From a virus (Duplodnaviria > Heunggongvirae > Uroviricota > Caudoviricetes), in the IMG/VR virus record IMGVR_UViG_2695420822_000015: a stretch of 10,688 bases of DNA. One strand, 5' to 3'. Of this stretch, positions 6,612 to 10,688 are shown in pieces (position 1 is the stretch's first letter; the number at the start of each line of letters is the position of its first letter). The translations under genes and the position numbers were made by a program. The notes beneath the pieces are model-generated. The model ran no database searches. It worked only from the letters and a program-made list of their open reading frames with translations, and was not told the origin of the DNA.

Positions 6612-6998
6612 ATTAAAGGGCAGGTTGTTGAACTTGTACGTCTGAGCGGTCGCGAGACGTTGCGGCAACTGGAAGCCAAGACAGGTGCGACAAGATATCT
6701 GATGAGTGTTCTCGCCAGAGAGCTGGTTGCCAGTGGCGATGTATACAACTCTGGTTACGGGTTATTCCCGTCTGAACAGGCGCGTAAGGACTGGCAAAAC
6801 GCCCGCAAAAAACTCTCAAGGGCAAATCTGAAGAAACCATCTGTGGTTGATCCTGACCTTATCTGGTCATTACCAGACGGAGAAATACGCCGCTACGACA
6901 GGCGTCAAAACATAATCTGTAGCGAGTGCCGGAAGAGTGAAGTTATGCAGCGTGTACCGGCTTTCTATCAGGGTGATTTTCAGGAGGCGGTACTGTGA
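6612..6998 (+). CDS. Hypothetical winged-helix-like protein, 3' portion (5' end lost at gap/junction)
   Basis: In-frame IKGQVVELVRLSGRETLRQLEAKTGATRYLMSVLARELVASGDVYNSGYGLFPSEQARKDW...QGDFQEAVL*. Overlaps the pre-gap copy by about 32 aa with substitutions (Q to L, I to M), so the two pieces are different alleles. In-frame stop at 6591-6593 upstream. Confidence 0.5.
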   Translation: MKGQVVELVRLSGRETLRQLEAKTGATRYLMSVLARELVASGDVYNSGYGLFPSEQARKDWQNARKKLSRANLKKPSVVDPDLIWSLPDGEIRRYDRRQNIICSECRKSEVMQRVPAFYQGDFQEAVL

Positions 6999-7055
6999 GT
7001 GAAATTAGCTATCAGGCTTCAATTACCGCTGGCATTCGCATCAAAGGAGAGGAGC

Positions 7056-7412
7056 ATGGAAATAAAACCAGAAGATGAGTTAAGCAATATTGTTTTATTT
7101 CCGGTAAAAGAGGATAACCCTCGTAATCAGGTTAATTTTCTTTATGAGCCATCGGAAAGACCATATTGCCATCACGCCTCTGTCCGGGTTGACGAAAAAG
7201 AGCGTCAGGTCCGCTGTAAAATTTGCGGTGCAGTTGTGGAGCCATTTGACTGGATGCTCTCTGTGGCGAAAAGAGAAACCAGACTGGCAGATGATGTAAG
7301 GCTCTTGCGCCAGGAGGAGCGGGAAAGGCGAAAAAATATAGAAAAGCTAATCCAGATTGAGCGTAATGCGAAAGCGCGGATACGCAGGGTGACAAAATAT
7401 AGCCCCGAATAA
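7056..7412 (+). CDS. Hypothetical zinc-ribbon-like protein (118 aa)
   Basis: Strong SD GGAGAGGAG before ATG 7056. Motif Y-C-H-H...(14)...C-K-I-C suggests a Cys/His metal-binding knuckle. Basic, Arg/Glu-rich C-terminal tail that may be helical. Confidence 0.55.
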   Translation: MEIKPEDELSNIVLFPVKEDNPRNQVNFLYEPSERPYCHHASVRVDEKERQVRCKICGAVVEPFDWMLSVAKRETRLADDVRLLRQEERERRKNIEKLIQIERNAKARIRRVTKYSPE

Positions 7413-7551
7413 TCAAGGTTATTTCTGGAAGTCAAGTCGTGAGTGATGAGGACTAACAAATACGGTGAACTCGATAAAGAGATTCAGGACGAACTGGAGG
7501 CCAGGAATGATTGACAAATCACCAAGTGAGTTCAGCTACAAAGATTTATTG

Positions 7552-7567
7552 TCATAACGGGTTATGA
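7552..7567. promoter_or_regulatory. Perfect 16-bp palindrome TCATAACGGGTTATGA upstream of the methyltransferase gene (possible operator)
   Basis: 7-bp arms around a 2-bp centre, 60 bp upstream of ATG 7627. A consensus -35 hexamer TTGACA lies at 7511-7516. Confidence 0.35.
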
Positions 7568-7626
7568 GATCGACTTGGTGCGTGATATTCTTCGGGCCAG
7601 TTTGCTATGCGCCACCATGAGATGTT

Positions 7627-9459
7627 ATGGCCCGCATGTTTGATACATTAGGATTTTACATTATGAATGTGCAACATTTTGATTTTTTTACAGATAATGA
7701 GTTTTCTAATCTGGAAAGATATCAAACTTGTAAAGCCATGGCCAAAGGTTATGCGGGCAATTACAAAACCGGGCAGTCAAGGTTGATGCATGCCCGCTCA
7801 TACTGCTTCAGCATCGTAGCTGCATATTGGGATACCCTTGCAAAAAAGCAAAAAAGCAGCATTAAAATGAGGGCAGTACCGCACACTGTTTACATAGAAG
7901 ACATTCCATGTGATGCACGCGAGCTCGCTGAACGAACAGGTGAGCTTATTGCTCAATTTCCGGCGGAGGACGCTGGATATCTGATTGGGTCAATTTATAC
8001 GGTAATGCTGCCATCCGCTTACCGTTCGGAATTGGGGGCTTACTATACCCCCCCACCTTTGGTAGCGCGTCTCTTGGACCTGGCTGAAAAGTCTGGTGTT
8101 GATTTTTCTCATGCATCGGTTATTGATCCTGCGTGTGGTGGCGGTGCATTTTTGGCACCAGTAGCCATTCGAATGTTAAAAAAAGACAAGGGGCCTTCCC
8201 CTGAATGGATGTTGAGGAGAATCAGTCGTCGTTTAAAGGGGATAGAAATCGATCCATTTGCGGCTTGGATGAGTTTGGTATTGCTCGAATCTGTACTAAT
8301 GCCACTATGTGTAAAGGTAAAACGTAGATTGCCTGAAGATACAATTATTGTTGCTGATGCGCTTCAGCAAGATAAATTTTCTGGTTATGATCTTGTGGTA
8401 GGGAATCCGCCTTACGGACGTGTCACTCTCGATATTAAAACGAGAGAAAAATATTCTCGTTCGTTATTTGGTCATGCAAATCTATATGGATTGTTCACCG
8501 ACTTAGCTGTTCGCATGGTTAAAGAGAAAACAGGAGTTATTGCATTTCTTACGCCAACTTCTTTTCTTGGTGGGCAGTATTTCACCGCGCTGCGAACCCT
8601 TTTGACCGAAAAAACTACTCCGTATGCCCTTGATTTCGTCACTGACAGGGATGGGGTCTTTGACGATGTTCTCCAGGAAACAATGTTGACAGCATTCAAG
8701 GCGGGAGAACATAAAGTTCGGGCCCAGGTATCCTCACTTGTCCCTAAGGGGTTGAACAAAGCAAAAATTGAGAAAATAGGTAATGTTGATATAGAAAAAG
8801 GTGGAGCAACGTGGCTTTTGCCACGCGTTAAAGATGATGCCTGTTTTCTTAATGTATTAAAACAGATGTCTACGCGTTTAGCTGATCTGGGATACTCAGT
8901 CTCTACAGGTCAGTTAGTCTGGAATCGATTTAAGTCGCAGTTGCGTACGACGAAAGGAAAAAATAGCTACCCATTAGTCTGGGCGGAATCAATAACTTCA
9001 GCTGGTTTTCGTTTTAGTGCAGACAGAAAAAATCATGTTCCCTATATCGATATAACCCCACAACAGGGTTTCCTTGTGACAAAATCTGAATGTGTGCTTG
9101 TTCAGCGGACAACATCGAAGGAACAGGACAGAAGGATTTTAGCGGCAATTTTACCTCAGGGATTTATAGATGAAACTGGTGGCGTAGTAGTTGAAAACCA
9201 TATTAATATTGTATATTCAAACGGATTGTTCTCTGCGGTTCGCCCTGATGTTATTGATATGCTACTTAATTCGCATGTTGTCGATCGGGCGTTCAGGTGT
9301 ATAAGCGGAAGTGTTGCTGTTTCGGCCTATGAATTGAATTCAATCCCGTTGCCTTCTCTGGAGCAGGTGATGGAGATTCAATCGTTAATTGATGCTGGCG
9401 TCCACAGACGGATTATTGAGAGAACTATCGCTGGTTTCTATGGAGTGATGATTGCATGA
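7627..9459 (+). CDS. N6-adenine DNA methyltransferase, gamma class (Eco57I/TaqI-like motif order)
   Basis: Motif X GAYYTPPPLVARLLDL, motif I IDPACGGGAFL (SAM binding), motif IV VVGNPPYG, in the order X-I-IV. About 130-aa N-terminal extension and about 280-aa C-terminal region (presumed target recognition). AT-rich codon usage. Start could be ATG 7627, 7636 or 7663. Confidence 0.85.
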   Translation: MARMFDTLGFYIMNVQHFDFFTDNEFSNLERYQTCKAMAKGYAGNYKTGQSRLMHARSYCFSIVAAYWDTLAKKQKSSIKMRAVPHTVYIEDIPCDARELAERTGELIAQFPAEDAGYLIGSIYTVMLPSAYRSELGAYYTPPPLVARLLDLAEKSGVDFSHASVIDPACGGGAFLAPVAIRMLKKDKGPSPEWMLRRISRRLKGIEIDPFAAWMSLVLLESVLMPLCVKVKRRLPEDTIIVADALQQDKFSGYDLVVGNPPYGRVTLDIKTREKYSRSLFGHANLYGLFTDLAVRMVKEKTGVIAFLTPTSFLGGQYFTALRTLLTEKTTPYALDFVTDRDGVFDDVLQETMLTAFKAGEHKVRAQVSSLVPKGLNKAKIEKIGNVDIEKGGATWLLPRVKDDACFLNVLKQMSTRLADLGYSVSTGQLVWNRFKSQLRTTKGKNSYPLVWAESITSAGFRFSADRKNHVPYIDITPQQGFLVTKSECVLVQRTTSKEQDRRILAAILPQGFIDETGGVVVENHINIVYSNGLFSAVRPDVIDMLLNSHVVDRAFRCISGSVAVSAYELNSIPLPSLEQVMEIQSLIDAGVHRRIIERTIAGFYGVMIA

Positions 9460-10538
9460 ATCTGCCTGTTGTTCCCCCATTGAATGTTATCCGGGAAAGA
9501 TTACAATTAATTTTCCCTGAAGGGACTGAGAATCGTGGATATTTAATTCGGGAAATAGCTGCAAAAACAATTTTTGTCATGTTTTATGCTGGTGCGGTTG
9601 AGGGGCTGGGGCGATGGATAAGGCCCAGCCAGGTTGTAAGTATGGGAGATTCGCAGGCTGCTCTTACTGATGATGCGTCCAGAGAAAGCTGGGTAAAGAT
9701 GACTTTCTCTAAACAAAAGATAAGGCCTGCTGATGCATGGTATGCGGAAAATACGCGTGAGCCAATACGTGATGAAACTATAAAAAATGGCCTAATACCT
9801 TGCAATGCAATTGTTGAGCGTAAAGGTATACCCACCACATCCTCTCGTCCTCGTTACAGTTTGAATCGCTCTTTTGCAGCACTCTTTGATGCCGGGCTTG
9901 AAGGAGATTCGCTGCTGAGTGCAATAAGTTCCTGGCAAGAAAATCATTTGAACAAAGCCGCTCTTGCTAGGTTGCGTTTATTGAAATCAGGGGCAGTGAT
10001 TGCTGCTGATGCCGTAGTCGTCACTTTCCCAAATGGAGAGAAGAGAACTTTAGCTCCGGGCCCGTCAAGTACAATAGCTAAGGCCGTCATCGAAGTTTTT
10101 GCTCCTAATTTTCTTAAGAATCCAACTGTGCTCTGGTTGTCTGAATCCGGGAATAAAGTTGTTGCTCAGGATGATGTATTGGCAAAAGCATTGGGGCTGA
10201 ATATTGATGCCTCAAAAGCACTTCCAGATATTATTTTGATTGATTTGGGAGAGGACCGAACGGGTTCGGACATGCTTGTAGTTTTCACTGAAGTAGTTGC
10301 GACAGATGGGCCTATAAACAGGGAACGAAAAGTTACTCTCACTCATTTGGCTATTGACGCTGGGTTCAGCGAGAAAAATCTTGCATTCCTTACGGCATTT
10401 ATGGACAGAAGTGCTCTGCCTTTTAAAAAGGCAATACCAGAATTGGCGTGGGGATCTTATGCATGGTTTGCTTCTGAACCGGAGCACTTAATTGATCTTC
10501 GGGATGGTTATCCGGTAAAGATCAGCCAGAGAAAATGA
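9456..10538 (+). CDS. MTase-coupled partner protein (360 aa); putative restriction endonuclease or other effector, family unassigned
   Basis: ATG overlaps the MTase stop (ATGA 9456-9459); GGAG about 10 nt upstream. Same AT-rich composition as the MTase. No Walker motif, HNH or clear PD-(D/E)xK triad identified by eye; candidate acidic cluster IDLGED...FTEVV. Confidence 0.55.
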   Translation: MNLPVVPPLNVIRERLQLIFPEGTENRGYLIREIAAKTIFVMFYAGAVEGLGRWIRPSQVVSMGDSQAALTDDASRESWVKMTFSKQKIRPADAWYAENTREPIRDETIKNGLIPCNAIVERKGIPTTSSRPRYSLNRSFAALFDAGLEGDSLLSAISSWQENHLNKAALARLRLLKSGAVIAADAVVVTFPNGEKRTLAPGPSSTIAKAVIEVFAPNFLKNPTVLWLSESGNKVVAQDDVLAKALGLNIDASKALPDIILIDLGEDRTGSDMLVVFTEVVATDGPINRERKVTLTHLAIDAGFSEKNLAFLTAFMDRSALPFKKAIPELAWGSYAWFASEPEHLIDLRDGYPVKISQRK

Positions 10539-10688
10539 CCAAAGTTTGATATCCGCCACGCCCTGAAGGATGGGGGTTTTACGGTGCACTGGATAAAAAA
10601 TCGGTTTCATAGATTTGCCCACCGTGGTATACGCCTGCGATAAAAACTTTATTGTCATCAACGGCAAAAGCAATAATTGTTCTGTGGC
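10488..10688 (-). CDS. Hypothetical ORF, 5' end beyond window; doubtful
   Basis: Minus-strand frame is open from the window edge to the stop at about 10488. It overlaps the 3' end of the 9456..10538 gene by 51 bp (convergent). No family recognised. Confidence 0.2.
   Translation of the reverse strand, partial: ATEQLLLLPLMTIKFLSQAYTTVGKSMKPIFYPVHRKTPILQGVADIKLWSFSLADLYRITIPKIN

Noticed and set aside
6613-6840. Minus-strand ORF (75 aa)
   Set aside because: Antisense to 6612..6998; shadow ORF.
7132-7459. Minus-strand ORFs 7132..7416 and 7205..7459
   Set aside because: Antisense to the zinc-ribbon gene, which has a strong RBS; shadow ORFs.
8472-9838. Minus-strand ORFs 8472..8759, 8503..8712, 9584..9838
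   Set aside because: Inside the MTase and partner genes on the opposite strand; AT-rich antisense frames.
10212-10487. Minus-strand ORF (91 aa) inside the partner gene
   Set aside because: Antisense to the coupled partner gene; no support.
10562-10585. GCCCTGAAGGATGGGGG followed by TTTTA as a terminator or boxB-like hairpin after the cassette
   Set aside because: Arms are not properly complementary (needs G-U pairs, 4-bp stem); too weak to call.
1-10688. CRISPR arrays, tRNA/rRNA genes, integrase or att sites, IS elements
   Set aside because: No regularly spaced direct repeats with unique spacers, no cloverleaf-like conserved tRNA features, and no recombinase or transposase ORFs were seen. 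The only repeats are the operator palindromes, iterons and the assembly-type duplications.

Overview
This window looks like the early (immunity plus replication) region of a lambdoid, Rac/CP-933-like enterobacterial prophage, followed by an AT-rich two-gene methyltransferase cassette that is the best candidate for a new system. Left to right: two translationally coupled leftward genes of unknown function; an OL-like operator pair; an intrinsic terminator; a minus-strand operon of cI-like repressor, small antitoxin and ParE-family toxin; an OR-like operator pair; a rightward Cro-like gene coupled to a YdaT-like gene; an O-like replication initiator carrying GTCACG iterons; and a DnaC-like helicase loader. 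The stretch 4720-6660 is a mosaic of truncated dnaC and winged-helix gene fragments joined at N bases and N-runs (4041-4068, 4750, 5354, 6502-6564), so it is probably an assembly chimera of paralogous prophages and should not be read as real gene order. After a small zinc-ribbon-like ORF comes the cassette: a gamma-class N6-adenine DNA methyltransferase overlapping by ATGA a 360-aa partner with no motif I can recognise. All calls rest on reading the sequence and on recalled family signatures; no searches or computations were run.
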